Shown here in pieces: positions 19,766 to 27,608 of a DNA stretch of 64,000 bases. Both the position numbers and the translations under genes were made by a program. Location: the NCBI GenBank assembly GCA_049322675.1, contig JBMORM010000009.1, forward strand, positions 92,995 through 156,994, in the 5' to 3' direction. Source of the DNA: Patescibacteria group bacterium. Lineage in GTDB: Bacteria > Patescibacteriota > JAHJAL01. The notes beneath the pieces were generated by a model. That model saw only the letters and a program-made list of their open reading frames with translations. It had not been told where the DNA came from and made no database searches. Position 1 is the first letter of the stretch, and each line of letters opens with the position of its first letter.

Positions 19766-19958
19766 AAAAAATGCTTCGATTATCTTAAACTTATTTTAGT
19801 TTAAACTCTTTTTTTTGATAGCACAACCCTGAAAAAAATCTCAATTATATATTTTATTTACTTTGATTTTTTTGACTTTGATTTATGTGATCAAGATATA
19901 TTTTTTGCTTATTTTTTTGTTACAATAAAAATATCAAGAAATTAATATATAAAAAAAT

Positions 19959-20426
19959 ATGTTCAAGAAATTTGCAATCATGTCTGGATTTTTATTATTG
20001 ATCGTTTTGGTTGGTTGTGGAAAATCGGACGGGAAAAATGACGGAAAGAAAACTAATCAAATCGCTAATCCGGCATCAACCAATTGCTTCCAAAAAGATG
20101 GTAATTTGGTTATGGAGAAGAAACCAGATGGTTCGGAATATGGGGTGTGCAAATTCAAAAATGGAAAAGAGTGCGAAGAATGGGCGTTGTTCAATGATTC
20201 TTGTCCGGTGGGCGGAGTAGATACTGCAAATTACGATAAGGCTGGCAGGTATTGTTTAATCACCGGCAACAAATATTTGGCCGATGTTGAACCGCCACAA
20301 TGTTCTTTGACCAGTGGAAAGGTTTGCGATGCCGAAAAATATTACCAAAATAACTGTCTTGGTGAGAGCAACAGCGAGTTTTGGAAAGATATTCCGGCAC
20401 AAGTGGATTCGAGCGAGAAAAAATAG
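19959..20426 (+). CDS. Lipoprotein with two DUF333-like (putative hemolysin-like, Cys-rich) repeats
   Basis: 155 aa. The lipobox is LLIVLVGC. The first repeat reads ANPASTNCFQKDGN...GVCKF.NGKECEEWALFNDSCP, matching the ANPAS..C...GG...C..DGS.C.EW signature. A second degenerate copy follows. Confidence 0.5.
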   Translation: MFKKFAIMSGFLLLIVLVGCGKSDGKNDGKKTNQIANPASTNCFQKDGNLVMEKKPDGSEYGVCKFKNGKECEEWALFNDSCPVGGVDTANYDKAGRYCLITGNKYLADVEPPQCSLTSGKVCDAEKYYQNNCLGESNSEFWKDIPAQVDSSEKK

Positions 20427-20441
20427 TTTTGGAGAAAAAAA

Positions 20442-20900
20442 TTACCAGGGGCCGCAGATTGGATCCTGGTGGTTTTGGTGTTCGACAATACGGCGAAGAT
20501 GCCCCGGAGATATATTTTCGGGTAGATTCGTTAGAGAGAAAAAGCGATATTCGATTATTTCTTTCGGATCAATTTTCACAAGGGACTGATCCACTTGGTC
20601 TTCGGATCGAAAAAAGATAATATGATCGCGCTTGCCTTCGATTTGCGATTTGTACAAACCAAACAATCAAACGTTTTTAAGAGATATATTTAGTTCCTCG
20701 CGTAATTCACGTTTGATAGCCGTGGAAAAATCCTCCTGATATTCTACCGCGCCGCCGGGCAACATCCAATCTGGTAAATAGGTATGTCGCACAAGCAATA
20801 TTTTTCCGTCGTTTATCAAAATGATTCGCACACCAAAAGTAACCGGCCTAAAGATGAGCCAGTAGAGACGCGCTATTGGATAGAGAAAGCGATATAACAT
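20442..20900 (-). pseudogene. NUDIX hydrolase interrupted by an in-frame TGA (stop at 20667-20669)
   Basis: The 77-aa ORF carries a full Nudix box (GGAVEYQEDFSTAIKRELREELNI). The 74-aa ORF continues in the same frame directly after the TGA. Combined length is about 152 aa, typical for a NUDIX protein. Confidence 0.55.
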
Positions 20901-20915
20901 TAGTTTGAAAATAAT

Positions 20916-20998
20916 GCGGTCGGGGAGACTTGAACTCCCACGGGTTGCCCCACATGCACCTCAAGCATGCGCGTATACCAAATTCCGCCACGACCGCT
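20916..20998 (-). tRNA. tRNA-Leu (anticodon GAG), no encoded CCA
   Basis: Reverse complement is GCGGTCGTGGCGGAATTTGGTATACGCGCATGCTTGAGGTGCATGTGGGGCAACCCGTGGGAGTTCAAGTCTCCCCGACCGCA. It has a long variable arm, the anticodon loop TTGAGGT and a T-loop GTTCAAGTC. Confidence 0.85.
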
Positions 20999-21235
20999 CG
21001 TCGGAGTCGTTCTTAACGTTTCGTGCGAGCCAGACATACTGTCTCCCACTTCACTTCCAGAACGCCTCCTCCTCTACAAAAAAATTTCTGCGACAATTTT
21101 TTTGTTAAGATACATTCGGGAATACGATCCTATCGTTTCGTGCGAGCCAAAACGTTTTGGATGGGTGAGCGCGAGACCTGCCCGTACAGTAAAGGATCGG
21201 TTCTTTTTCCCGAAAATTTCTTTGATAATTTTTAC
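20999..21235 (-). repeat. Two tandem units (about 105 and 130 nt) of a conserved tRNA 5'-leader element
   Basis: Minus-strand unit B (20999-21104) reads aaaaaattgtcgcagaaatttttttgtagaggaggaggcgttctggaagtgaag...ggctcgcacgaaacgttaagaacgactccgacgagcg and joins directly to the tRNA. Unit A (21105-21235) repeats the aaaattatcaaagaaattttcggg...ggctcgcacgaaacgataggatcgtattcc architecture. Homologous copies lie at 26716-26818 and 23420-23563. Confidence 0.6.
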
Positions 21236-21308
21236 GAAAAGCTAAATGTTAAATTTTCAGTAGTTACTTTTAAATATAATTTCTGTTCCCAGGAGTATGC
21301 AAGATTTT

Positions 21309-23030
21309 TTATTTTTGCTTCCATTCTCGTTTGGTGTTGATATACCAATCACTTATTCCCAAAAATCTTTCGGCGGGATTGGAAGCTTGTTGAACATTAA
21401 CGCCCATAACCGCTTTGTTGACAGCATAAATGTAGTAAGGCCGGTACAAAAAAACGGCCGGTTTTTCGTCATAGATGGCAACTTGCATGGGTAGATAGCT
21501 ATGAATACGACTGTCCGGATCATTGGTCCGACGAGCAGTTTCAATGTAACGATCAACTTCAACGTTGGAATAGTTGGAGAGGTTCAAACCGGGATCTGCA
21601 GTCTGGCTGGAATGCCAATATACGTACGGATCGGGATCACTGCCCAAATTTTCGCCGAAGAGAAGAGCATCGTAGTTTCGAGGTTTGATAAATTGATTCT
21701 CCAGATCACCGATATTATACACTCCTATTTCTAGATCTATACCAATATTTTTCCAATTGGTTTGAACCATTTTGGCAGCGCGGATAAAATCAGGCGAGTC
21801 AGAAGTAACCAAGGTAAATTTCAAGCGAGTATTATCTTTTTCCCTGATACCGTCGCCATCAATATCGCTCCATTTACCTTTTTCAAGAATACTTTTGGCT
21901 TTTTCAACATCATAAGGCAAATTTGGTATCTCGGGATTGTTTCCAAGAAAACCTTCCAAGATTGGCGTGTTGATAATTTTGCCTTTATCGAAAAGAACTT
22001 CTTTAAGAATCAGCTCTCGATCAAGTCCATAGTACAGGGCTTCTTTGACGTAGGGATCTCGAAGCAACGGCTTGGAATTTTGGTTGATGAAAATCGCGGT
22101 ATATTGAGGTAGGGAAATATCATAAAAATTGGCGGTCGTAGCTTGGCTTGAAACATATTGCCAGTCCATCGTCAAAACATGCCCGATACTGATTATTTCT
22201 TTTTTTTGATAGGCAGTATAAACATCCTGATAATTTTCGTAAAATTTAAAAATCAGCGTATCAAGATAAGGTTCGCGACCATGATATTTGGAAAATTTTT
22301 CCAATTCAATTGAGTTATACACTCCTTTTTTGTCCACCAAAATTTTTTTTACTTTAAAGGGACCACTACCAATCGGCTCATAGTTGTAATCAGTGTCCGG
22401 TAATTGGGAGGGGTCGATTTTGGCAAAAATATGTTCGGGAATAACTCCAGTTGTCAAATTGGTAAGAAAAGGCGAAAAGACTTCGGGCAAAGTGAATTTT
22501 ATTGTTTTGTCATCAATTTTTTCTATAGTTACGTCCCGCCAATTGTCCTTGAGTGTACCGGGGTACTTTTCATTTTGAATAAGTTGATAGGTAAAAACAA
22601 CATCTGCAGCTGTTAAAGGTTGTTCGTCGTGCCAAAAGAGATTATCTTTCAGATGGACAGTGTAGGACTTACCGTCTTCAGAAATTTCCCATTTATCTGC
22701 CAAGTCTCCGATCAATTGATGATTATTGTCGTAGGTCAACAAGCCGGAGAAGATGATCTGGACCAGATCCCGATCGATATCGTTGGTTTGAGATAAAATC
22801 GGGTTGATCATGGCCGGTTGGCCGGCCAATCCTTCGATCAATGTTCCACCCTTGGCTGCAATCACCGTGGTTTGGCCGGTATAGTATCTGCTGCCAAAAT
22901 ATCCTCCCAACAATAATATCAGGATAACTCCCAGAATTATTTTATTTGCATATATCCAATCAAAAACTTCTCGAAGATTTTTGGGCAAGACAAACCAGGA
23001 TGGCTTAAAACGTCGCCATGATTGATTCAT
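21309..23030 (-). CDS. ABC transporter substrate-binding protein, peptide/oligopeptide family 5, N-terminally anchored
   Basis: About 573 aa from the Met that begins MNQSWRRFKPSW. It has a TM anchor and SBP_bac_5-like motifs throughout (e.g., NYEPIGSGPFKVKK). Confidence 0.75.
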   Translation of the reverse strand: MNQSWRRFKPSWFVLPKNLREVFDWIYANKIILGVILILLLGGYFGSRYYTGQTTVIAAKGGTLIEGLAGQPAMINPILSQTNDIDRDLVQIIFSGLLTYDNNHQLIGDLADKWEISEDGKSYTVHLKDNLFWHDEQPLTAADVVFTYQLIQNEKYPGTLKDNWRDVTIEKIDDKTIKFTLPEVFSPFLTNLTTGVIPEHIFAKIDPSQLPDTDYNYEPIGSGPFKVKKILVDKKGVYNSIELEKFSKYHGREPYLDTLIFKFYENYQDVYTAYQKKEIISIGHVLTMDWQYVSSQATTANFYDISLPQYTAIFINQNSKPLLRDPYVKEALYYGLDRELILKEVLFDKGKIINTPILEGFLGNNPEIPNLPYDVEKAKSILEKGKWSDIDGDGIREKDNTRLKFTLVTSDSPDFIRAAKMVQTNWKNIGIDLEIGVYNIGDLENQFIKPRNYDALLFGENLGSDPDPYVYWHSSQTADPGLNLSNYSNVEVDRYIETARRTNDPDSRIHSYLPMQVAIYDEKPAVFLYRPYYIYAVNKAVMGVNVQQASNPAERFLGISDWYINTKREWKQK

Positions 23031-23038
23031 AGAAAAAG

Positions 23039-23254
23039 TTAGATAATAATATTGGCAATCGAAGCGGTAATAAAGAATACCGTCAGGACAATAGTTCCCC
23101 AATGTAGGAATTTTTCTAAACCTCTTTTGCTTTGGTAGATGTTACTTTCCCCGCCAAATACACCCCCCAAGGCTGAACCTTTGTGCTGCAGCAAAATAAA
23201 AACCACAATCAGGACGGAGATGACAATTTGCCCGTACATTATGTATTGTTGCAT
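23039..23254 (-). CDS. secG: Preprotein translocase subunit SecG
   Basis: 71 aa with two TM helices and the central LLQHKGSALGGVFGG motif. Confidence 0.7.
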   Translation of the reverse strand: MQQYIMYGQIVISVLIVVFILLQHKGSALGGVFGGESNIYQSKRGLEKFLHWGTIVLTVFFITASIANIII

Positions 23255-23348
23255 ATTTGTTTATTTAATAATGAATAATGAAGAGTGAATAATAACCTAT
23301 AATAAATATTTTATTATTAACTATTCATTTTTAATTATTAATTCAAAA

Positions 23349-23419
23349 AGGCGTGGACGGGATTCGCACCCGTGTACACGGTTTTGCAGACCGTTACCTA
23401 ACTCCTCGGTCACCACGCC
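23349..23419 (-). tRNA. tRNA-Cys (anticodon GCA), no encoded CCA
   Basis: Reverse complement is GGCGTGGTGACCGAGGAGTTAGGTAACGGTCTGCAAAACCGTGTACACGGGTGCGAATCCCGTCCACGCCT. The anticodon stem is ACGGT/ACCGT, the loop is CTGCAAA and the discriminator is U73 as expected for Cys. The D-arm is atypical. Confidence 0.7.
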
Positions 23420-23563
23420 TCGTCGGAACACGATCCTACCGCTACACGCAAGTCAAAAGTATTTGCCTTTCGTTTCGCTACCGGATCGGTTCCTCCTCTA
23501 CAAAAAAATTTCTACGACAATTTTTTTGTTAACATACATTCAGGAACACGATCCTATCGTTTA
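23420..23563 (-). repeat. tRNA 5'-leader element copy upstream of tRNA-Cys, plus the tail of a preceding unit
   Basis: The minus-strand reading is ...aaacgataggatcgtgttcc|tgaatgtatgttaacaaaaaaattgtcgtagaaatttttttgtagaggagga...gcgtgtagcggtaggatcgtgttccgacgag, then the tRNA. It shares the AAAAATTGTCG.AGAAATTTTT..GGAGGA core and the ggatcgt.ttcc unit end. Confidence 0.55.
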
Positions 23564-23681
23564 GAGATAGAAAATAAATTCTAGTTTATATGATTGGACT
23601 AATAATAATCATATCTATTATTGATCGATTTTGCAACTTTGATAAAAAAGGCTAATATTTATTTAAGGTAAAAATATTTTT

Positions 23682-24290
23682 ATGCAAATTTTTTTGACGT
23701 ATCACTGGCAGTTGATTTTGCAAGTGATTGGTATTTTGATTCTTTTGTTGATTATATATATAAACTTTTTCAGTCGGAAAACTCCGGCTTGGTTGGCAGA
23801 TCTGGTCAATTACCTAAACTTTCGCAATGAAGACAATATTGAACGATGGCTAATCTACTCAAAATATTTCAAGAATCACCGCGTAAAATGGTTGGAGGGA
23901 TACTGTGGAAAACGTGAAAACAAGGAGATATTTTTTGGTCTATTTGAGATGGATAATCAACTATTTTTTTGTTCAATTGTGAAAGCGGAAGTCAAGCCAA
24001 TGATTTTAACAAACAAATTGGACGAAAAATATGATTGGGATTTTTCCGAAAATATTATTATCAATAATACTTCCTACAACTTGTTTGCTAGCGAAAAATA
24101 TTTATCTACTAATATTAAAAAGTCGGGGAATTTTCAATTGATGCTGGGAGAAATATTCAAGGGGAAAATTAGTGTTTTGGAATTTACAGAACTAAATCAG
24201 GTTATTTTAATTTCAGATCGGCTATTTGAGACCAGCAAGGAAGGGATTGAATTTTTTTCAACATTTATTCATCTAAAAGACGAGTTATAA
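23682..24290 (+). CDS. Hypothetical membrane-anchored protein
   Basis: 202 aa with an N-terminal TM (LILQVIGILILLLIIYINFF). It ends 8 nt before pcrA. Confidence 0.4.
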   Translation: MQIFLTYHWQLILQVIGILILLLIIYINFFSRKTPAWLADLVNYLNFRNEDNIERWLIYSKYFKNHRVKWLEGYCGKRENKEIFFGLFEMDNQLFFCSIVKAEVKPMILTNKLDEKYDWDFSENIIINNTSYNLFASEKYLSTNIKKSGNFQLMLGEIFKGKISVLEFTELNQVILISDRLFETSKEGIEFFSTFIHLKDEL

Positions 24291-24297
24291 TTTTGCC

Positions 24298-26526
24298 ATG
24301 AAAAATGACATTGTTTCTGGTTTAAACGACAAACAAAAAGAAGCGGTTTTGTGCGCTGACGGCCCACTTTTAATTTTGGCGGGCGCCGGGAGCGGAAAAA
24401 CCAAGACTTTGACGCATCGCATTGCTCATATTGTCAAAGAAAAAAAGATAAGCCCTTATAATATTTTGGCGGTAACTTTTACCAATAAAGCTGCCAAGGA
24501 AATGAAGTCTAGGATTTCTAAGTTATTGAAATTGTCAGACAATTTTGGTTCTTTTGAGACAAACCTACCTTGGATGGGGACATTTCATTCAATTTGCGTG
24601 CGGATTTTGAGAGAACATGCCGGTAAACTTGGTTACAAAAATTCTTTTGCCATCTACGATAGCGACGACCAATTGACGGCGGTAAAAAAGGTAATGAAGG
24701 AACATCATATCGATCCAAAACAATATCATCCTCAGGCTATCAGATCGCATATTTCCGGCGCAAAAAATGAATTGATTGACGCCAAACATTATCAGGAAAT
24801 GGCCCATATCAATGATTTTAGTTCCATGGTTTCTTTGGTGTATCTCGATTATCAAAAATTACTAAAGGACAACAATGCGATGGATTTTGATGATTTGATT
24901 ATGAACACAGTGATGTTATTGGAAAAATATCCGGAAATCCGGCGGGATTATCAGGAGAAGTTTCAGTATATTTTAATTGATGAATATCAAGACACCAATC
25001 AGGCTCAATATACTCTGGTAATGCTTTTAACCAATCAAAAAAATAATATTTGCGTCGTCGGAGACGACGCACAATCTATTTACTCATGGCGAGGAGCGAC
25101 GATACGAAATATCCTGGAATTTGAAAAAGATTTCAAAAATACCAAAGTCATAAAATTGGAGCAGAACTATCGATCGACTAAAAATATTTTGGCTGCGGCC
25201 GATCAGGTAATCGCCAAAAATTCCGGGCAAAAAAAGAAGAAATTGTGGACGGAAAATCCCCAAGGAGAAAAGCTGACTATTTACCAAGCGCAAAATGAAT
25301 TGGACGAAGCCCGATTTGTGGCGGAAGAGATTTTGAAGAATAAGGATAACAATGAATTGGATTTGAAAGACTTTGCGATTTTGTATCGCACCAATGCTCA
25401 ATCACGCACAATTGAAGAAATGCTACTTAAATACAATATTCATTACCGAATCGTCGGTGGTCTGAAATTTTACGAAAGAAAAGAAATAAAAGATGTGCTG
25501 GCGTATTTGAAAGTTATCGTAAATCCAACCGACATCTTGAGTCTGAGCAGAATTATCAACACGCCTCCGCGCGGGATTACCAAAAACACTATCAACAGTT
25601 TGGAAGTAATTGCCAGAGAGTATTCGATGAACATCTGGGAAGTGATTTCAAAAATAGCCAATGACAATAATGGCATCAGAGAATTGGCGGAAAATCATAT
25701 TAATGCTCGGGCGATAAAGAACCTGATCGGCTTTTTTAATTTTATTTCCGAATGGCAAGGGAAAATGACAAAAAATAATCCTTCGGAATTTTTGGTTGAG
25801 ATAATAAACAAAAGTGGTTATCGGGACTGGCTCAATGACAAATCGATCGAGGGTGAAACCAGATTAGAAAACTTGCAAGAGTTGCTGACAGTTTTGGAAA
25901 AATACAACAATTTTGAAGCCGAGGAAGGTATTCGTTTATTTTTGGAAGAAGTCGCTTTGATTACAGATATTGACAATTTTGACGAAAACGAAAATGTGGT
26001 TACTTTGATGACTTTGCATAGTGCCAAGGGTTTGGAATTTCCGGTGGTGTTTATGGTAGGTATGGAAGAAAATTTATTTCCTCATGCTCGTTCGATCATG
26101 GAGGCGGCAGAAATGGAAGAGGAAAGACGTTTGTGTTATGTAGGCATCACTAGAGCGAAAAAGTTTTTATACTTAACCTATGCTCAGCTACGCAATATTT
26201 TTGGTAACACCCAAATCAATCCTCCTTCCAGATTTTTGGCGGACATTCCGGGAGAATTAATCAAGGAAGTGGGGCAAAGGAAAAAATCAGGTATTTTGAA
26301 AAATCCGGCACTTGGAGTCAGACCAAATAAAATGGGGCAAAAAATAATTCTTGACGAGGACTGGGGTATTTTTAAGTCCGGGGATGTAGTGACACATCCC
26401 AAATTCGGTCGAGGCAGAATCGTTCAAATTCAGGGAGGTATTATCAAAGTCGGATTTGAAAGTGGTGGTATTAAGAGTCTGGCAGCCGCTATCGCCCCAT
26501 TGAAAAAAATCGACAACGACGAATAA
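24298..26526 (+). CDS. pcrA: ATP-dependent DNA helicase PcrA/UvrD
   Basis: 742 aa. Walker A is AGAGSGKTKTLTHRIAHIV, with helicase motifs DEYQDTNQAQY and VGDDAQSIYSWRGA. The C-terminal region is UvrD-like. Confidence 0.85.
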   Translation: MKNDIVSGLNDKQKEAVLCADGPLLILAGAGSGKTKTLTHRIAHIVKEKKISPYNILAVTFTNKAAKEMKSRISKLLKLSDNFGSFETNLPWMGTFHSICVRILREHAGKLGYKNSFAIYDSDDQLTAVKKVMKEHHIDPKQYHPQAIRSHISGAKNELIDAKHYQEMAHINDFSSMVSLVYLDYQKLLKDNNAMDFDDLIMNTVMLLEKYPEIRRDYQEKFQYILIDEYQDTNQAQYTLVMLLTNQKNNICVVGDDAQSIYSWRGATIRNILEFEKDFKNTKVIKLEQNYRSTKNILAAADQVIAKNSGQKKKKLWTENPQGEKLTIYQAQNELDEARFVAEEILKNKDNNELDLKDFAILYRTNAQSRTIEEMLLKYNIHYRIVGGLKFYERKEIKDVLAYLKVIVNPTDILSLSRIINTPPRGITKNTINSLEVIAREYSMNIWEVISKIANDNNGIRELAENHINARAIKNLIGFFNFISEWQGKMTKNNPSEFLVEIINKSGYRDWLNDKSIEGETRLENLQELLTVLEKYNNFEAEEGIRLFLEEVALITDIDNFDENENVVTLMTLHSAKGLEFPVVFMVGMEENLFPHARSIMEAAEMEEERRLCYVGITRAKKFLYLTYAQLRNIFGNTQINPPSRFLADIPGELIKEVGQRKKSGILKNPALGVRPNKMGQKIILDEDWGIFKSGDVVTHPKFGRGRIVQIQGGIIKVGFESGGIKSLAAAIAPLKKIDNDE

Positions 26527-26580
26527 TAATTTGATTGAAATATTCTTTGATGATAAGATTAAAAATGTATTTTGTTCGCG

Positions 26581-26665
26581 AATTTCCAATTTCCAGTTCT
26601 TCCCTCACGGGACCGAACTACTGCTGGCAATTTCCAAAAAATTTCCAATGATCAATTTTCAATGA
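26581..26665. repeat. Copy of GGAAATTGGAAA/TTTCCAATTTCC short repeat family
   Basis: aatttccaatttccag...gcaatttccaaaaaatttccaatgatcaattttcaatg. The reverse complement shares about 36 nt with the copy at 1690-1760. Confidence 0.5.
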
Positions 26666-26715
26666 AAAGTTCGTTTTTGAAATTTTAAATTATGAATCTG
26701 GTATTTAAGTCTCCC

Positions 26716-26818
26716 AAAAATTGTCGAAGAAATTTTTGGGAAAAGGAGGAGGCGTTCTGGTAGTGAAGCATGAGACGGTATTCCGGCTCATGTGAAACGA
26801 TAAGAACGACTCCGACGC
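26716..26818 (+). repeat. Conserved tRNA 5'-leader element (clearest copy), immediately upstream of tRNA-Val
   Basis: caaaaattgtcgaagaaatttttgggaaaaggaggaggcgttctggtagtgaagcatgagacggtattccggctcatgtgaaacgataagaacgactccgacgcgg. The 24-nt block GGAGGAGGCGTTCTGG.AGTGAAG and the GAAACG.TAAGAACGACTCCGACG block are identical or near-identical to the tRNA-Leu(GAG) copy. Confidence 0.6.
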
Positions 26819-26892
26819 GGGCGGTTAGCTCAGCTGGTTAGAGCGCTTGCCTTACACGCAGGAGGCCAAAGGTTCGATCCCTTTACCGCCCA
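26819..26892 (+). tRNA. tRNA-Val (anticodon TAC), no encoded CCA
   Basis: GGGCGGTTAGCTCAGCTGGTTAGAGCGCTTGCCTTACACGCAGGAGGCCAAAGGTTCGATCCCTTTACCGCCCA: a canonical cloverleaf with the anticodon loop CTTACAC. Confidence 0.85.
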
Positions 26893-26912
26893 TTGAAAAA
26901 AGGAGAGTAAAT

Positions 26913-27542
26913 TTGATAATTAAAAAAAGAGACAACTTTTTTGTCATTGCCGTTTTTTTGTTGTTGTTTTTTGCAGTGTGGTTTTTTATTAGGACCATGA
27001 TTGGTTCTGCTGTTGATACAAAAATTTCGACGGCGATTTTTGATTTTGGTCATAGTGATTTTCTGACCATATTTTTCTTGTTTATCACAAATTATACTTT
27101 GGGAGAAATAGCTGGGGTTTTTGCGGTAATGATTTATGGCGCTTTTTGCAAGGATAAATTTTTCTTGATTATTTCGAGCCTTGTTTCTTTATTAATTTTG
27201 GCAGCCGATTGGTTTCTAAAAAATATTTTTGTTCGTCCCAGACCATTTGTTACCTTGCCTGAAGTAGAAAATATTTCTGATTATATTTTACGTGATTATT
27301 CATTTCCTAGCGGACATACGGTATTCGCTTTTTTTATCGCTTACATCCTAACCCATCGTTTTCAATTTGTCGGGATAAAAAAGTATTCAATATATTTCTT
27401 GGCGATTTTGGTTGGTTTTTCCAGGATATATCTGGGAGTTCACTACTTTGGAGATGTTCTTGCCGGAGCTATACTGGGATCATTGTTTGGAATTATAACA
27501 ATGTTGATTATGAATAAATACCCTCGAACTATTTTGAAATAA
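26913..27542 (+). CDS. PAP2-family (phosphatidic acid phosphatase type 2 / undecaprenyl-PP phosphatase-like) membrane protein
   Basis: PAP2 motifs are FVRPRPF, SFPSGHT and SRIYLGVHYFGDVLAG. I chose the TTG start at 26913, which has an AGGAGA Shine-Dalgarno 6 nt upstream, because the upstream ATG at 26847 overlaps tRNA-Val. Confidence 0.65.
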   Translation: MIIKKRDNFFVIAVFLLLFFAVWFFIRTMIGSAVDTKISTAIFDFGHSDFLTIFFLFITNYTLGEIAGVFAVMIYGAFCKDKFFLIISSLVSLLILAADWFLKNIFVRPRPFVTLPEVENISDYILRDYSFPSGHTVFAFFIAYILTHRFQFVGIKKYSIYFLAILVGFSRIYLGVHYFGDVLAGAILGSLFGIITMLIMNKYPRTILK

Positions 27543-27562
27543 TAAAAAATTTAACAAAAATA

Positions 27563-27596
27563 ACCCCCCTATTTATCTTAAGGGGGTTTTGGTTTT
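27563..27596. terminator. Hairpin plus T-run between convergent genes
   Basis: aaCCCCCCtatttatcttaaGGGGGttttggtttt. Confidence 0.5.
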
Positions 27597-27608
27597 ATTT
27601 ATAATTTT

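Noticed and set aside
20905-21340. Plus-strand ORFs 20905-21108, 20967-21245 and 21023-21340
   Set aside because: They overlap tRNA-Leu(GAG) and the conserved leader repeats on the opposite strand. There are no coding signals.
26847-26912. ATG at 26847 as start of the PAP2 gene
   Set aside because: It would overlap tRNA-Val (26819-26892). An in-frame TTG at 26913 with an AGGAGA Shine-Dalgarno 6 nt upstream gives a sensible N-terminal TM helix.
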